Part shown: positions 10,732-21,955 of the stretch, one piece after another
Position numbering within the stretch: the stretch's first letter is position 1
Layout of the letters: each line of letters starts with the position of its first letter
NCBI GenBank assembly: GCA_045536835.1
Contig: JAZSOI010000028.1
Span: 3,172-67,171 of the forward strand
DNA from: Christensenellaceae bacterium
GTDB taxonomy: Bacteria > Bacillota > Clostridia > Christensenellales > Borkfalkiaceae
Length of the DNA stretch: 64,000 bases
Direction: 5' to 3'
The notes under the pieces: model-generated
Databases searched by the model: none
Told to the model about the DNA's origin: nothing
Seen by the model: only the letters and a program-made list of their open reading frames with translations
Made by a program: the position numbers and the translations under genes

Positions 10732-11430
10732 ATGGCAACGGTAATTATAACGGGTGCGTCCAGCGGAATAGGCGAAGCAACCGCTTTAAAACTTAAAAGT
10801 GAAGGGTATAACGTGGTTGGAACTTTCAACCACAGCGTTACTCGCGCAAAATTTTTAACGGAAAATCACGGCATCGATATGGTAAAGTGTGACGTTTCTT
10901 TGGAAACGGACGTTGAAAATTTATTTAGTTTTGCCGAAAAAAAGTACGGTAAGATTACGGCGGTTATATCAAACGCCGGCGTTGCGAGCGTTCAAAAGCC
11001 GTTTATCGACGTTAAAAATAGTGAAATTGACGAAGTTATTTCCGTCAACTTAAAAGGCACTATGCTCGTTGATAAAAGGGCGGTACTTTCAATGCTTAAC
11101 GGCGGTGGAAAGATAATAAACGTATCTTCCGTGTTTGGAATTGAAGGTGGCTCGTGCGAAGTTTTGTATTCGGCAACAAAAACGGCAGTTTTAGGTTTGA
11201 CTAGGGCGCTCGCGGAAGAGTTAACAAGTAGCGATATATCCGTTTGCGCAGTTGCGCTCGGGCTTATCGACACGCCTATGAACTCTCACTTGACCGAGCA
11301 AGATAAACTCGATTTCGTAAAAGAGTATGGGCTAAGTTTTATTCCCACCGCATCGCAAGTTGCCGACGAAATTTTTAAGATTTTAAAGGCTGACGAGATA
11401 AACGGCAAAGTTTTTAAAATTTTTTGTTGA
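10732..11430 (+). CDS. Short-chain dehydrogenase/reductase (FabG-like)
   Basis: TGASSGIG cofactor motif, NAG, and catalytic YSATK. Confidence 0.8.
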   Translation: MATVIITGASSGIGEATALKLKSEGYNVVGTFNHSVTRAKFLTENHGIDMVKCDVSLETDVENLFSFAEKKYGKITAVISNAGVASVQKPFIDVKNSEIDEVISVNLKGTMLVDKRAVLSMLNGGGKIINVSSVFGIEGGSCEVLYSATKTAVLGLTRALAEELTSSDISVCAVALGLIDTPMNSHLTEQDKLDFVKEYGLSFIPTASQVADEIFKILKADEINGKVFKIFC

Positions 11431-11487
11431 AAATTTATTTTCAAAAAAGAGTATTTTTGAATTTTTTAAGGTATATTTTAATTGAGT

Positions 11488-12495
11488 ATGGCTAAAATTT
11501 TATCCGTTAAAGAATTAACCTATAAAAAAGAAGACGCGTTTTTATCGCCGTTTGCAGTAAAATCTAGCCAAACGGCAGGTAGGCTCAAAGAAGAAACGCC
11601 GTGCCCTATGCGAACGGAATTTCAACGCGATAGGGATAGAATAATTTATTCAAGGGCGTTCATTAGGCTTAAAAACAAAACGCAAGTGTTTTTCTCGCCT
11701 GAAGGCGACCACTATATGACGAGACTTACACACACGTTAGACGTTTCGCAAATAGCGAGGTCTATTTCGCGCGCGCTTGCGCTTAACGAAGATTTAACGG
11801 AAGCAATCGCGCTCGGCCACGATTTAGGCCACACGCCGTTTGGCCACGCTGGTGAAAGGGTTCTTGGTAGACTTTCTCCAAACGGCTTTAAGCACAACGA
11901 ACAATCTTTAAGGGTCGTGGACGTTTTGGAAAAGGGCGGACAAGGTCTTAACCTTACCAAAGAAGTTAGAGACGGTATTTTAAACCACAAGACTGGGACT
12001 ACGCCGTCCACTTTAGAAGGTCAAGTTGTATCGATATCCGACCGCATAGCGTATTTAAATCACGACGTTGACGACGCGGTTAGAGCAGGTATCATAAGCG
12101 TTGAAGATTTACCTAGCGAGGTTTTAAAAATTTTAGGCAAAACTTCTAGAGAACGCATCAACGTTATGATAAGTTCGGCGTACGAAAACAGTTTAAACAA
12201 AGATAAAATAACTCTTTCGACTGACGTTGACGGTGCGATGAAAGAACTTCGCGCTTTTATGTTCGACAACGTTTACATGATGCCCACCGCAAAGCGTGAA
12301 GAAGAAAGGGCGGGGCACATGATATCGAGTATGTACGGATATTTTAAGGAAAATTACGAAAAACTTCCTAAAAATTATCTAGAACTACTCAAAACTTATT
12401 CGCTTGACACGGTTATTTGCGATTACCTTTCGTCGATGACCGACAGGTATGCGATAAGCACGTTTACGCAAATATTTATACCGCAAAGTTTTTAA
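11488..12495 (+). CDS. dgt: dGTPase-like HD-domain triphosphohydrolase
   Basis: HD motif (HDLGHTPFGH) and DRxxYxxHDxDD. Precedes dnaG-sigA, as in Clostridia. An ATG at 11488 or a TTG at 11482 is possible. Confidence 0.85.
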   Translation: MAKILSVKELTYKKEDAFLSPFAVKSSQTAGRLKEETPCPMRTEFQRDRDRIIYSRAFIRLKNKTQVFFSPEGDHYMTRLTHTLDVSQIARSISRALALNEDLTEAIALGHDLGHTPFGHAGERVLGRLSPNGFKHNEQSLRVVDVLEKGGQGLNLTKEVRDGILNHKTGTTPSTLEGQVVSISDRIAYLNHDVDDAVRAGIISVEDLPSEVLKILGKTSRERINVMISSAYENSLNKDKITLSTDVDGAMKELRAFMFDNVYMMPTAKREEERAGHMISSMYGYFKENYEKLPKNYLELLKTYSLDTVICDYLSSMTDRYAISTFTQIFIPQSF

Positions 12496-12513
12496 TTTAT
12501 TAAAGGAGAGAGT

Positions 12514-14289
12514 ATGCCGACTTTTGACGAAAAGTTCATAGAAGAACTCAAAAGTAAAAACAACATAGTAGAAGTCGCGAGTCGGTACTGTAATCTCGTT
12601 AGAAAGGGGTCGACTAATTACTGGGCGTGCTGTCCACTTCCGGGGCACACCGAGAAGACTCCGTCGTTCACGGTTAACGAGCCGGGGCAGTTTTATCATT
12701 GCTTTGGTTGCGGTAAGGGTGGCGACGTTATTAAGTTTATTCAGGAAGTGGAAACCGTCGATTTTTACGACGCGGTTAAGATTTTAGCCGAACGCGCCAA
12801 AATGGTACTTCCAGAAAGCGATTCTTATAGCGAAGAGCAAGCCAAGGAAAGCAGGCGCAAAAAGGATAGGCTTTATTCGTTAATGCGTGAAACCGCGCTA
12901 TTTTACGCCAACAACCTTCGCGATGAAAGGGCTGGCGTTTGGCTTGAATACTTACATAAACGCGGGCTCGACTCAAAGGCCGTTCGCCATTTTGGGATAG
13001 GCGCGTCGCTAGATTATTACGGACTAGTAAACCACTTAAAGAGTAAAGGTTATACCGAAGAAGAGATGTTGTCGGCTGGCGCTTGCACCCAAGGTAAAAA
13101 GGGCGTCTACGATTTCCAAGCCGAGAGACTGACCGTTCCTATAATAAACTCTATGGGAAAGGTTATCGGCTTTGGTGGAAGAATATTAGAAGACAAGGGG
13201 TTTGGCAAGTACAAAAACACTTCTGAAACCACCTTATTTAACAAGAAAAACGTTTTGTATAACGTCAACAACTTAAAGCAAATTCGCCAAGAGACAGACC
13301 TAGACTACGTGATTATGGTAGAAGGGTATATGGACGCGATTTCGCTTTATATGGCTGGCTTTAAAAACGTTGTTGCGTCGATGGGAACAAGTTTAACGCT
13401 TTCCCAAGCAAAACTATTAAAGCGTTACACACAAAAGGTTTTGGTTAGTTACGACGGTGACGGTGCTGGGCAAAAGGCAACGGTTAGAAGTTTAGAAATC
13501 TTTGAAGACGAGGGCTTTGAAGTAAAAGTCGTTAATCTTCCCGACGGTTTAGACCCTGACGACGTTATTAGAAAGTACGGCGCTGAAGGGTATAGGACTT
13601 TGCTTAGCAAGGCTCAACCGCTAATTGACTTTAAGTTGTCGCTTATAAAGAGCGGAAAAGATTTAACGGACGATTCTGATAAGAGAAAATATCTCGCCGA
13701 GTGTTTAGAACTCATAAAAACGGTAAAGAGCGAATATTTAAAAGAAGAACTCTTAAACAAGGTAAGTGCGGTAACAGGCATAAGTTATCAATCGTTAAAG
13801 AGAGATTTAGAAAGTGGTAGCGTAACCGTTCCCAAGCAAGAAAAGACCGCTAAAATCGAAGTTAAGCAAACGGAAAAGGCGGACAGGTTGTCGATAGCCG
13901 AAAGAACGATACTGTGGGCGGTTATAAACGGAAAGCCGTACGCTGATACTAGCGTGGTGTCAAACCTATATTTTACCGACGCAGTTAGAGAAAGTATTTG
14001 CGAAGCGATAATTTTCTCTGGCGTTACAGAGCCGTCTAAACTTCAAGACGTGGTGGGCGTTGACGGACTTACCGAACTCAACGCGGTACTATCCGCTGGG
14101 GATAAGATAACTTCGCCTGAACAAGAAAAGCGTTTTTATATAGACTGCGTAAAAGTCGTTAGGAAAAGTAATTTAAGCGACGACCTTAAAAAACTCAACG
14201 AACTTTATAAAAACGAGATAGACGAAACAGCAAAATCAAAACTCGCTATAATGATAGCGGAAAAAACGACTGAAATATCTAAAATTTAA
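12514..14289 (+). CDS. dnaG: DNA primase
   Basis: Zinc ribbon [13 protein letters not shown]...CFGCG. TOPRIM region (EGYMD, DGDGAG). Confidence 0.95.
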   Translation: MPTFDEKFIEELKSKNNIVEVASRYCNLVRKGSTNYWACCPLPGHTEKTPSFTVNEPGQFYHCFGCGKGGDVIKFIQEVETVDFYDAVKILAERAKMVLPESDSYSEEQAKESRRKKDRLYSLMRETALFYANNLRDERAGVWLEYLHKRGLDSKAVRHFGIGASLDYYGLVNHLKSKGYTEEEMLSAGACTQGKKGVYDFQAERLTVPIINSMGKVIGFGGRILEDKGFGKYKNTSETTLFNKKNVLYNVNNLKQIRQETDLDYVIMVEGYMDAISLYMAGFKNVVASMGTSLTLSQAKLLKRYTQKVLVSYDGDGAGQKATVRSLEIFEDEGFEVKVVNLPDGLDPDDVIRKYGAEGYRTLLSKAQPLIDFKLSLIKSGKDLTDDSDKRKYLAECLELIKTVKSEYLKEELLNKVSAVTGISYQSLKRDLESGSVTVPKQEKTAKIEVKQTEKADRLSIAERTILWAVINGKPYADTSVVSNLYFTDAVRESICEAIIFSGVTEPSKLQDVVGVDGLTELNAVLSAGDKITSPEQEKRFYIDCVKVVRKSNLSDDLKKLNELYKNEIDETAKSKLAIMIAEKTTEISKI

Positions 14290-14300
14290 CGGAGAAAGGT

Positions 14301-15368
14301 ATGAGCATATCAACGGAAAAACTTACTGAATTAACACAAGAATTACTCGAATTTTATCGCGATAAGAAGTTCGTTAAAGCGGACGAGCTTATGGATAAAA
14401 TCGAAAAGCACAAAGTAACCCCTGAACAAATTGAAGTAATATACAATGCGTTCACGGAAAAGAACATTGAAATTATCGAAAGTTACGACGATATTGCTAG
14501 TCGTGACGACGATTTGTTAAACCAACTCGAAAAAGAAGTTTCGATGGACGATCCCGTTAAAGTTTACCTTAAAGATATCGGTAAAGTAGCGCTTTTATCA
14601 GGTGAAGAAGAAGCTGAACTTGCCGAAAAGATGATGCAGGGTGATGAAGCGGCTAAAAAGCGCTTATCCGAAGCAAACTTAAGACTCGTCGTATCTATCG
14701 CAAAGAGATACGTTGGCCGTGGCATGCACCTACTTGACCTTATTCAAGAAGGCAATTTAGGTCTTATGAAAGCGGTTGAAAAGTTCGATTACACTAAGGG
14801 TTTTAAGTTCTCGACCTACGCGACTTGGTGGATTCGCCAAGCGATAACCAGAGCGATAGCCGACCAAGCGAGAACTATAAGAATTCCAGTTCATATGGTT
14901 GAAACTATCAACAAACTCATAAAGGTATCCCGCCAACTTCTCCAAGAACTCGGCAGAGAACCGTCTCCCGAAGAAATTGCTCAAGCGATGGGAATAACGG
15001 TTGAAAAGGTAGTTGAAATTCAAACTATCGCTCAAGACCCAGTTTCTTTAGAAACGCCTATCGGCGAAGAAGAAGACAGTAACTTAGGAACTTTCATCGA
15101 AGATGAAAAGTCCGCATCGCCGAGTGACGTGGTTGCGTTTGCGATGCTTAAAAAACAACTCATCTTAATACTTGACACGTTAACGCCGAGAGAAGAAAAG
15201 GTTTTAAGACTTCGCTACGGTATTGACGACGGCAAGCCCAGAACGCTCGAAGAAGTAGGTAAGGAATTCAACGTAACTCGTGAACGTATCCGTCAAATTG
15301 AAGCAAAGGCGCTTAGAAAACTCCGCCACCCGTCGCGTTCTAAGAAACTTAAAGAATATTTAGAATAA
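14301..15368 (+). CDS. sigA: Primary sigma-70 factor
   Basis: Regions 1.2 to 4 are present ([49 protein letters not shown]). Confidence 0.95.
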   Translation: MSISTEKLTELTQELLEFYRDKKFVKADELMDKIEKHKVTPEQIEVIYNAFTEKNIEIIESYDDIASRDDDLLNQLEKEVSMDDPVKVYLKDIGKVALLSGEEEAELAEKMMQGDEAAKKRLSEANLRLVVSIAKRYVGRGMHLLDLIQEGNLGLMKAVEKFDYTKGFKFSTYATWWIRQAITRAIADQARTIRIPVHMVETINKLIKVSRQLLQELGREPSPEEIAQAMGITVEKVVEIQTIAQDPVSLETPIGEEEDSNLGTFIEDEKSASPSDVVAFAMLKKQLILILDTLTPREEKVLRLRYGIDDGKPRTLEEVGKEFNVTRERIRQIEAKALRKLRHPSRSKKLKEYLE

Positions 15369-15369
15369 G

Positions 15370-16008
15370 ATGGATAGGTTAGATATTCTTTTCAATCTCG
15401 TAGGTAGTGGTGAAACGTTTGCCGATATCGGTTGTGACCACGGCTACCTTGCCGAAATGGTTTTAAGAGAGAATAAGTTTGAAAAGATAATAATATCGGA
15501 TATATCTAAAAAGAGTTTGCAAAAGGCGATAGACCTTTTAAAGCCTTACGGCGATAGGGTAACGGCGTTAGTGTCGGACGGGTTTGAAAATTTCAGCGTT
15601 CTTCCCGACGAAGTTATCATCGCAGGCATGGGCGGAGAAGAAATCGTAAAGATTTTATCAAACGCAAAAAGTTTACCCAAAAGGCTCGTTCTCGCCCCGC
15701 AAAAAAACACCGACAAGGTGCGCAAATTCCTAGTTTTATTCGGTTATAAAATCTTAAAAGATTTTACCTTTAAAGACAAGGGGAAATTTTACGACGCTAT
15801 CGTCGCTGAAGAGGGGATAGACGATTATTCGGAAGAAGAACTATTATTTGGTCGCGATAACCTTAATTCCCACGGCGAAGCGTTTGAAGAAAAGTTAGAT
15901 TTAGAACGAAAGATGTTACTTGATATTTTAAATTTAGAAACCGCGTCTATAAGTTCTAAAGAGCAAGCAAAAGTTAGGCTTGACAAAATAAGGAAGATAT
16001 TAAAATGA
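15370..16008 (+). CDS. trmK: tRNA (adenine22-N1)-methyltransferase
   Basis: DIGCDHGYL and IAGMGG motifs. Synteny after sigA. Confidence 0.8.
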   Translation: MDRLDILFNLVGSGETFADIGCDHGYLAEMVLRENKFEKIIISDISKKSLQKAIDLLKPYGDRVTALVSDGFENFSVLPDEVIIAGMGGEEIVKILSNAKSLPKRLVLAPQKNTDKVRKFLVLFGYKILKDFTFKDKGKFYDAIVAEEGIDDYSEEELLFGRDNLNSHGEAFEEKLDLERKMLLDILNLETASISSKEQAKVRLDKIRKILK

Positions 16009-16775
16009 AAATTAACGAAGTGTTAAAAGTGCTTGAAGAATACGCTCCGCTTGAACTATCAAGTAGGCTCGTTGAGAAACTCGACGGGTACGACAACGTT
16101 GGTATATTAGCCGACGTTGAAGGGGATATAAAAAGCATAGTGTTCACTCTCGACTTGACCGACGAAAGTATAACCAAGGCAATAGAAATCGGCGCAAACT
16201 TAATAGTTACGCATCACCCCGCGATTTTCGCACCGTTAAAGTCGTTAAACTACGCGTCCAGTCCGCTTTTAAGATGTTTAAACGCTAAAATAGGCGTAAT
16301 ATCTATGCACTTAAATCTCGATTCGGCAAAAGAGGGCATCGACTATTACTTAGCCAAGGGTTTGGGCGCAACCGATATGAAAATCGTTCACGACTTAGGT
16401 AACGGCGAGGGTTACGGTAGGGTGTTTGAAACGGATACTACCTTGTTAAACGTAAAGGAAAAATACATTGAGAACTTTTCAACCGACAAGGTTATGACGT
16501 TTGGCAACCCTTTAGGAAGAATAGAAAAAATTGCGTCGTTTTGCGGTTCGGGGCTAGACGAAAACGAACTTGAAAACGTTAGTGACGTTGACCTATACGT
16601 TTCGTCCGACATCAAGCACCACGTAATATTAAACGCGTTAAAAAGGGGCAAATGCGTAATGCAAGTAACTCATTATTCGAGCGAAATGTACGGATTTAAG
16701 CACTTTTTCAAATGGGCAAATCAAAAATTACGCGAATTAGAAACGGTAATAGTTGAAAACGACTATATGCTTTAA
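16005..16775 (+). CDS. Nif3-like dinuclear metal centre protein
   Basis: NIF3 family features (GYDNVG, THHP, HY...E). Coupled to trmK. Confidence 0.85.
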   Translation: MKINEVLKVLEEYAPLELSSRLVEKLDGYDNVGILADVEGDIKSIVFTLDLTDESITKAIEIGANLIVTHHPAIFAPLKSLNYASSPLLRCLNAKIGVISMHLNLDSAKEGIDYYLAKGLGATDMKIVHDLGNGEGYGRVFETDTTLLNVKEKYIENFSTDKVMTFGNPLGRIEKIASFCGSGLDENELENVSDVDLYVSSDIKHHVILNALKRGKCVMQVTHYSSEMYGFKHFFKWANQKLRELETVIVENDYML

Positions 16776-16800
16776 TTCGCGAGATTATAGGAGAATAAAT

Positions 16801-17532
16801 ATGTTAGAACAAACAAAACTTATCGTAGAGTACCAAGAAATCGACAAGAACTTAAAGGCGATAGAAGACGAAGTTAACGGTAGCGAAGAAGCGAAGAAAT
16901 ACTTGTCCGCAAGAAAGTTTTTGTCAACGGTAAAGGAAAGTCTTTCCGAACTTGAAGGTAAAGCGCAAGCGGTAACTGAAAACTACAACATAGCGATAAA
17001 AGAACTTGAAAACAGTCTTGAAACCGCCAAAGAGTACGAAAAAATGGTTGAAACTTGCGAAAGTGAAAGCGAACTTGAGTACTTGAAGAAGAAGTTCCAA
17101 GAAGTTGGCGCACAAATATCTCAAATGGAACAAACCATTAGCGCGATTTCCAAAGAGATGGCTGACCTTTACAAAGAGTACGGCAAACTCGGTCAAACCA
17201 ACAAGGTTATGAGAGCGCAGTACGACGAGTTCGCCCCAAAACTTGAAGAACTCAAAAATTCTAAAAAGGAAGAAGTTTCTTCGTTAAAGGCTAAACTTAA
17301 AAATCTCGAACAAAAAATCGACAAGGCTTTAATGGAAAAATACGTCGTTAGGAGAAAGGATAAAAAATTCCCGATAGTGTTCGGGCTTGATTTGTCGAAA
17401 AAGATGAATTACTGTCCTTTCTGTGCAACGAGTATGCCGGTAAGTTTTATGGAAGAACTTACGTCTGGCGCTATCAAGGAATGTGAAAGTTGTCATCGAC
17501 TTATCTACGGCTTTGAGCCAAATAAAAAATAA
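16801..17532 (+). CDS. Coiled-coil protein with C-terminal C4 zinc ribbon (DUF164-like)
   Basis: Long coiled coil, then CPFC...CESC. Start taken at MLEQTKL with RBS AGGAGA. Confidence 0.7.
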   Translation: MLEQTKLIVEYQEIDKNLKAIEDEVNGSEEAKKYLSARKFLSTVKESLSELEGKAQAVTENYNIAIKELENSLETAKEYEKMVETCESESELEYLKKKFQEVGAQISQMEQTISAISKEMADLYKEYGKLGQTNKVMRAQYDEFAPKLEELKNSKKEEVSSLKAKLKNLEQKIDKALMEKYVVRRKDKKFPIVFGLDLSKKMNYCPFCATSMPVSFMEELTSGAIKECESCHRLIYGFEPNKK

Positions 17533-17543
17533 GGAGTGAATAT

Positions 17544-18827
17544 ATGAAACTCAATTACAAAAGAACGATACTCGTAGGCTTTGCATTTTTCTTAATATCG
17601 GCGTTCTGGCAAGCGTACGATAAAACCGTACCTATGCTTATGACTTATAAGTTTGGTATGAAACAAACGATGTCCGGTTTAATTATGGCGCTTGACAACG
17701 TTTTAGCGGTATTTATGCTTCCCCTTTTCGGCGCGATATCGGATAAAACGAAAAGTAGATTCGGCAAGCGTACCACTTTTATTTTCTTCGGTACGATCTG
17801 CGCGATAATTTCCTTTATTTTTATCCCTTTAATCGGCAGTTTATGGCTCTTTATCGCAGTGCTTTTAGTAACCTTATTATCAATGGCGACTTTCCGTTCG
17901 CCAGCGGTTGCTTTAATGCCTGACGTTACTTGTAAGCCACTTCGTTCTAAGGGCAACGCGGTTATTAACCTTATGGGAACTGCGGGCGGTCTCTTAGTAC
18001 TCGTTCTCGGTATGTTCATCAAAGTAGGGCAAGACCACATGAATAATTTCTTCCCCTATTACATAGCGGTTTGCGGAATAATGCTCGTTGGCTTAGTAGT
18101 GTTCTTGTTAACGGTTAAAGAAAACAAGTGGGCAAACGAAATGCTTGAAGACACTAAGAAGTATTTCCCAGAAGATGAAGTTATAGAAAAAGAACAAGAA
18201 CAAGTTTCAAAGAAACTTGCAAAACCCCAACTTATCTCACTTCTTTTAATCTTAGCGTCCGTTGCGCTTTTGTATATGGGTTACAACGCAATCACTTCAA
18301 AGTACTCTCTTTACGCTGACAGCGTTTTACATCAAAGTTACGACCTTACCTTAATGATTGCGCAAGGCGGTGCTATCGCTGCGTACTTGCCGGTTGGCTT
18401 TATCGCGTCTAAGTTTGGTAGAAGAAGAACTATTTTAGCGGGTGTAGCGTTGCTTGCAACGTCGTTCTTTATCGCGATATTTATGACGGCTAACAGTTCG
18501 CCCATCTTTATGTATATCTTATTTGCGTTCGCAGGTATCGGTTGGGCAACTATCAACGTTAACTCCTTCCCGATGGTCGTTGAACTTGCAAAAGCAGGCG
18601 ACACTGGTAAATACACCGGTTGGTATTACACGGCTTCGATGTCCGCACAAGTTTTAACCCCCATTTTATCCGGTGCGATTATGGACTTAGTTGGAAATAT
18701 GAGCCCCTTGTTCCCGTACGCGTCGATTTGCGTAGCGCTTGCGTTCGTAACGATGTTCTTCGTTAAACACGGTGACTCTAAGCCCGTTGCGAAAAAATCG
18801 GTATTGGAAAATTTTGATAACGATTAA
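17544..18827 (+). CDS. MFS transporter
   Basis: 12 predicted TM segments with a central loop. SDKTKSRFGKR-type loop. Confidence 0.75.
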   Translation: MKLNYKRTILVGFAFFLISAFWQAYDKTVPMLMTYKFGMKQTMSGLIMALDNVLAVFMLPLFGAISDKTKSRFGKRTTFIFFGTICAIISFIFIPLIGSLWLFIAVLLVTLLSMATFRSPAVALMPDVTCKPLRSKGNAVINLMGTAGGLLVLVLGMFIKVGQDHMNNFFPYYIAVCGIMLVGLVVFLLTVKENKWANEMLEDTKKYFPEDEVIEKEQEQVSKKLAKPQLISLLLILASVALLYMGYNAITSKYSLYADSVLHQSYDLTLMIAQGGAIAAYLPVGFIASKFGRRRTILAGVALLATSFFIAIFMTANSSPIFMYILFAFAGIGWATINVNSFPMVVELAKAGDTGKYTGWYYTASMSAQVLTPILSGAIMDLVGNMSPLFPYASICVALAFVTMFFVKHGDSKPVAKKSVLENFDND

Positions 18828-19339
18828 ACGAAAAATCTACAAATAAAACAAGCGAACACGCTTGATATAAAAGTGGCTATTAAAGAGACTATTATCCCTT
18901 TAGTAGCCTTTTTATTTTTGCATTTTGAGTAGTATAGTGCGGAAATGTAAAACACCGTTTCGCTCGAACCGAATATACAGCACGCGCAAAGGCTTATATA
19001 TCCGCTTGCGCCATATCGCGTAAACACTTCGTCAAGTAGTGCTAAACTTCCGCTACCGGAAAATGGTTTAAGTATCAGTAATTTATAAACTTCGCTAGGT
19101 ATTCCAACCGTTTTTAAAACGGGGGATAACGCCTTTATAAAATAGCCGTAAAGACCACTTTTTTCAAACAATTCCGATATTAGTAGCACCGCTAAAATTG
19201 CAGGAAATATCGTAAAAATAAGTTTTAGCGCACTAGTTACGCCAACTGAGAAAACCTTGTAAATTTCCACCTTTTTAACGAGCGAAACGACAAGTATTAA
19301 GATAACGAAAATAGGTAAGATATATGAAAATATAATCAT
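18824..19339 (-). CDS. spmB: Spore maturation protein B (nucleoside-recognition membrane protein)
   Basis: Hydrophobic 171 aa, translationally coupled to the upstream spmA-like gene. Confidence 0.7.
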   Translation of the reverse strand: MIIFSYILPIFVILILVVSLVKKVEIYKVFSVGVTSALKLIFTIFPAILAVLLISELFEKSGLYGYFIKALSPVLKTVGIPSEVYKLLILKPFSGSGSLALLDEVFTRYGASGYISLCACCIFGSSETVFYISALYYSKCKNKKATKGIIVSLIATFISSVFACFICRFFV

Positions 19340-19872
19340 TTAAACACCTTAGTGAGCAACACGCCAAGTGTGGTTGAAAAAACGGTTGAAATAAGCATTA
19401 AAAGTATTACAAGGTTTGGGCTTTCGCCGTACTTGGCAAGAAGTTGTATAACGGAAACTGGAAGTATTTGAATTGAAGTGCAAGCAACCACCATAAGTAG
19501 AGTTTTTCCGTGTTCGTTTTTCTCTTCGTCAAGAAGGCGCATACTTTCAATTCCAGCGGGTGTTGCAACGCCTGAAAGCCCCAGCGCGTTTGCGGTTAAG
19601 TTGAGAGAGATATTGTAAACGGCGTCGTCGCTATTAGTTCTAAACAGTTTTTTAACAGGCTTATTAAACGCCTTGCTTATCTTTTTACTTATTCCGCTAC
19701 TTTCAAGCAAAAACGCAAGCCCTTGCCAAACTGCGTAAACGGATATTAGAGAAATTGAAAGGTCCACCGCCTTTTGCGTAGCGGTTGAAAACGCGGAAAC
19801 CATAATTTCTGGGGAGGAAAAGAGTGAAAAAACTACTGAAATAAGGATAATTACAGGAAAAATAACGTTCAT
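19336..19872 (-). CDS. spmA: Spore maturation protein A
   Basis: Gate/nucleoside-recognition-like membrane protein, paired with spmB. Confidence 0.7.
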   Translation of the reverse strand: MNVIFPVIILISVVFSLFSSPEIMVSAFSTATQKAVDLSISLISVYAVWQGLAFLLESSGISKKISKAFNKPVKKLFRTNSDDAVYNISLNLTANALGLSGVATPAGIESMRLLDEEKNEHGKTLLMVVACTSIQILPVSVIQLLAKYGESPNLVILLMLISTVFSTTLGVLLTKVFK

Positions 19873-19984
19873 ATTTTAACTTATGTAAAAGTTAAAAGAT
19901 TTAGCATTAAAATTAGGTTTACAAAATAAAAAATTTGGTATATACTTTAAAGAAAGTATATAATTATCTAATTTGGAGTAGGTT

Positions 19985-21955
19985 ATGGAAAATAACAAGT
20001 TTTATATCACAACCCCTATATATTACCCAAGCGGTAACTGGCACATCGGCCATTGCTACACGACAGTCGTTTGCGACGCGCTCGCAAGATTTAACCGCAT
20101 GCTTAAAAAGGACGTATTCTTTTTAACAGGTACTGACGAGCACGGTCAAAAAATCGAAAAAAAGGCTAGCGAAAAAGGTCTTTCTCCCATTGAGTTTATC
20201 AATCCTTTGGTTGACGGACTTAAAGAAATTTGGAAGGACTTAGATATTTCCTATGATAAGTTTATTAGAACGACTGACGATTATCACGTTGAAGCCGTTC
20301 AATCGATATTTAAACAACTCTACGACAAGGGCGAAATTTATAAGTCCGAGTACGAGGGTTGGTACTGCACGCCGTGTGAATCTTTCTGGACGGAAAGCCA
20401 ACTCGTTGACGGAAAGTGCCCCGACTGTGGTCGCCTAGTTCAAAAGGGTAAGGAAGAGAGTTATTTCTTCCGCCTTTCTAAGTATGCGGATAGGATTTTA
20501 AAACTCTACGAAGATAATCCCGAGTTTTTACAACCCAAGTCAAGAGTTAACGAAATGGTTAACAACTTTATAAAGCCCGGTCTTCAAGACCTCTGCGTTT
20601 CTAGAACGACTATTAACTGGGGTATTCCCGTAACGTTTGACGAAAAGCACACCGTTTACGTTTGGGTTGACGCGCTCACTAACTACATAACTGCGCTTGG
20701 TTACGGTACTTCGCACGATGAACTTTACAAAAAGTACTGGCCGGCTGACGTTCAAATGGTGGGTAAGGAAATCGTTCGTTTCCACACTATCATTTGGCCT
20801 GCAATTTTAATGGCACTCGGCGTTGAAATGCCTAAAAAGGTTTACGGTCACGGCTGGTTACTCATCGGTGGCGATAAACTTTCTAAGTCTAAGGGCGAGA
20901 AGATTAAGACGGAAATTACCGATCCTAAGGAACTTGTTGACCGTTACGGTTGTGACGCGCTTAGGTATTTTCTATTAAGAGAAATTCCGTTTGGTAACGA
21001 CGGCGTTTACACTAACGAAAGTTTGTTAAAGCGCATCAACGGCGACCTTTCTAACGACCTTGGTAACTTAGTGTCGCGCACCACCGCAATGATAAATCAA
21101 TACTTTGGCGGTGCTTTGCCGTACTATACTGAACTTACTGCTCTCGATAACGAAGTTATCGACCTTTTAAACGGAACTCTTGATAAAGTTAAAGAACAAA
21201 TTGAACTTATTGACGTTCCCACCGCTTTATCCGAGATTTTCAAACTTATTCAAAGGGCGAATAAGTACATTGACGAGACTGAGCCTTGGAAGATTTCAAA
21301 AGACGAGACTATGCGTGATAGGCTTAAAACCGTTATGTACGTTTTATCCGAGTGTATCCGTGTTTCCGCAATACTTTTAAAGCCGTTTATCACCAAAGCA
21401 CCCGATAAAATCTTGGCGTTCTACGGTATTGACGGCGAAAGTGAATTGACCTTTGACAACGCACATTTCGGCGTTTTAAAAGAAGGTATTTCCGTTACTA
21501 AGGCAACGCCGGTATTCCCGAGAATTGACGTTAATAAAGAAATTGCCGAGATTGAAAAGATGATGGCTGAACGCCACAAAGCCCAAAAGGCGCAAGAAAA
21601 GAAAGAAGAAAAGAAGGAAGAAAAACCCGTGGAACAAATTTCTATTGACGAATTCTTCAAAACTCAACTTAAAGTAGCGGTTGTAAAGGCTTGTGAAGAC
21701 GTTGAAAAGTCTAATAAACTTTACAAGTTAACGCTTGATCTTGGCGATGAAGAGAGAACTGTTGCGTCTGGGCTTAAAAAGTATTACAAACCCGAAGAAC
21801 TCGTAGGCAAAAAGGTAATTCTCGTTGCCAACTTAAAGCCAGCAAAACTTTGCGGTGTTACTAGCGAAGGTATGATACTTTGCGCTGAACACGGCGATAA
21901 AGTTGTTCTCATTTCGCCAGAAAGCGATATGCCGGCAGGTTCGGTGGTAGGCTAA
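19985..21955 (+). CDS. metG: Methionine--tRNA ligase with C-terminal tRNA-binding (Trbp111/EMAP-like) domain
   Basis: HIGH-type motif (NWHIGH), zinc knuckle CTPCE...CPDCG, KLSKSKG, and a C-terminal OB domain. Confidence 0.95.
   Translation: MENNKFYITTPIYYPSGNWHIGHCYTTVVCDALARFNRMLKKDVFFLTGTDEHGQKIEKKASEKGLSPIEFINPLVDGLKEIWKDLDISYDKFIRTTDDYHVEAVQSIFKQLYDKGEIYKSEYEGWYCTPCESFWTESQLVDGKCPDCGRLVQKGKEESYFFRLSKYADRILKLYEDNPEFLQPKSRVNEMVNNFIKPGLQDLCVSRTTINWGIPVTFDEKHTVYVWVDALTNYITALGYGTSHDELYKKYWPADVQMVGKEIVRFHTIIWPAILMALGVEMPKKVYGHGWLLIGGDKLSKSKGEKIKTEITDPKELVDRYGCDALRYFLLREIPFGNDGVYTNESLLKRINGDLSNDLGNLVSRTTAMINQYFGGALPYYTELTALDNEVIDLLNGTLDKVKEQIELIDVPTALSEIFKLIQRANKYIDETEPWKISKDETMRDRLKTVMYVLSECIRVSAILLKPFITKAPDKILAFYGIDGESELTFDNAHFGVLKEGISVTKATPVFPRIDVNKEIAEIEKMMAERHKAQKAQEKKEEKKEEKPVEQISIDEFFKTQLKVAVVKACEDVEKSNKLYKLTLDLGDEERTVASGLKKYYKPEELVGKKVILVANLKPAKLCGVTSEGMILCAEHGDKVVLISPESDMPAGSVVG

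Noticed and set aside
19935-20126. 63-aa ORF overlapping the metG start
   Set aside because: It is out of frame with the strongly supported metG N-terminus (HIGH region). It starts in the promoter region without an RBS.
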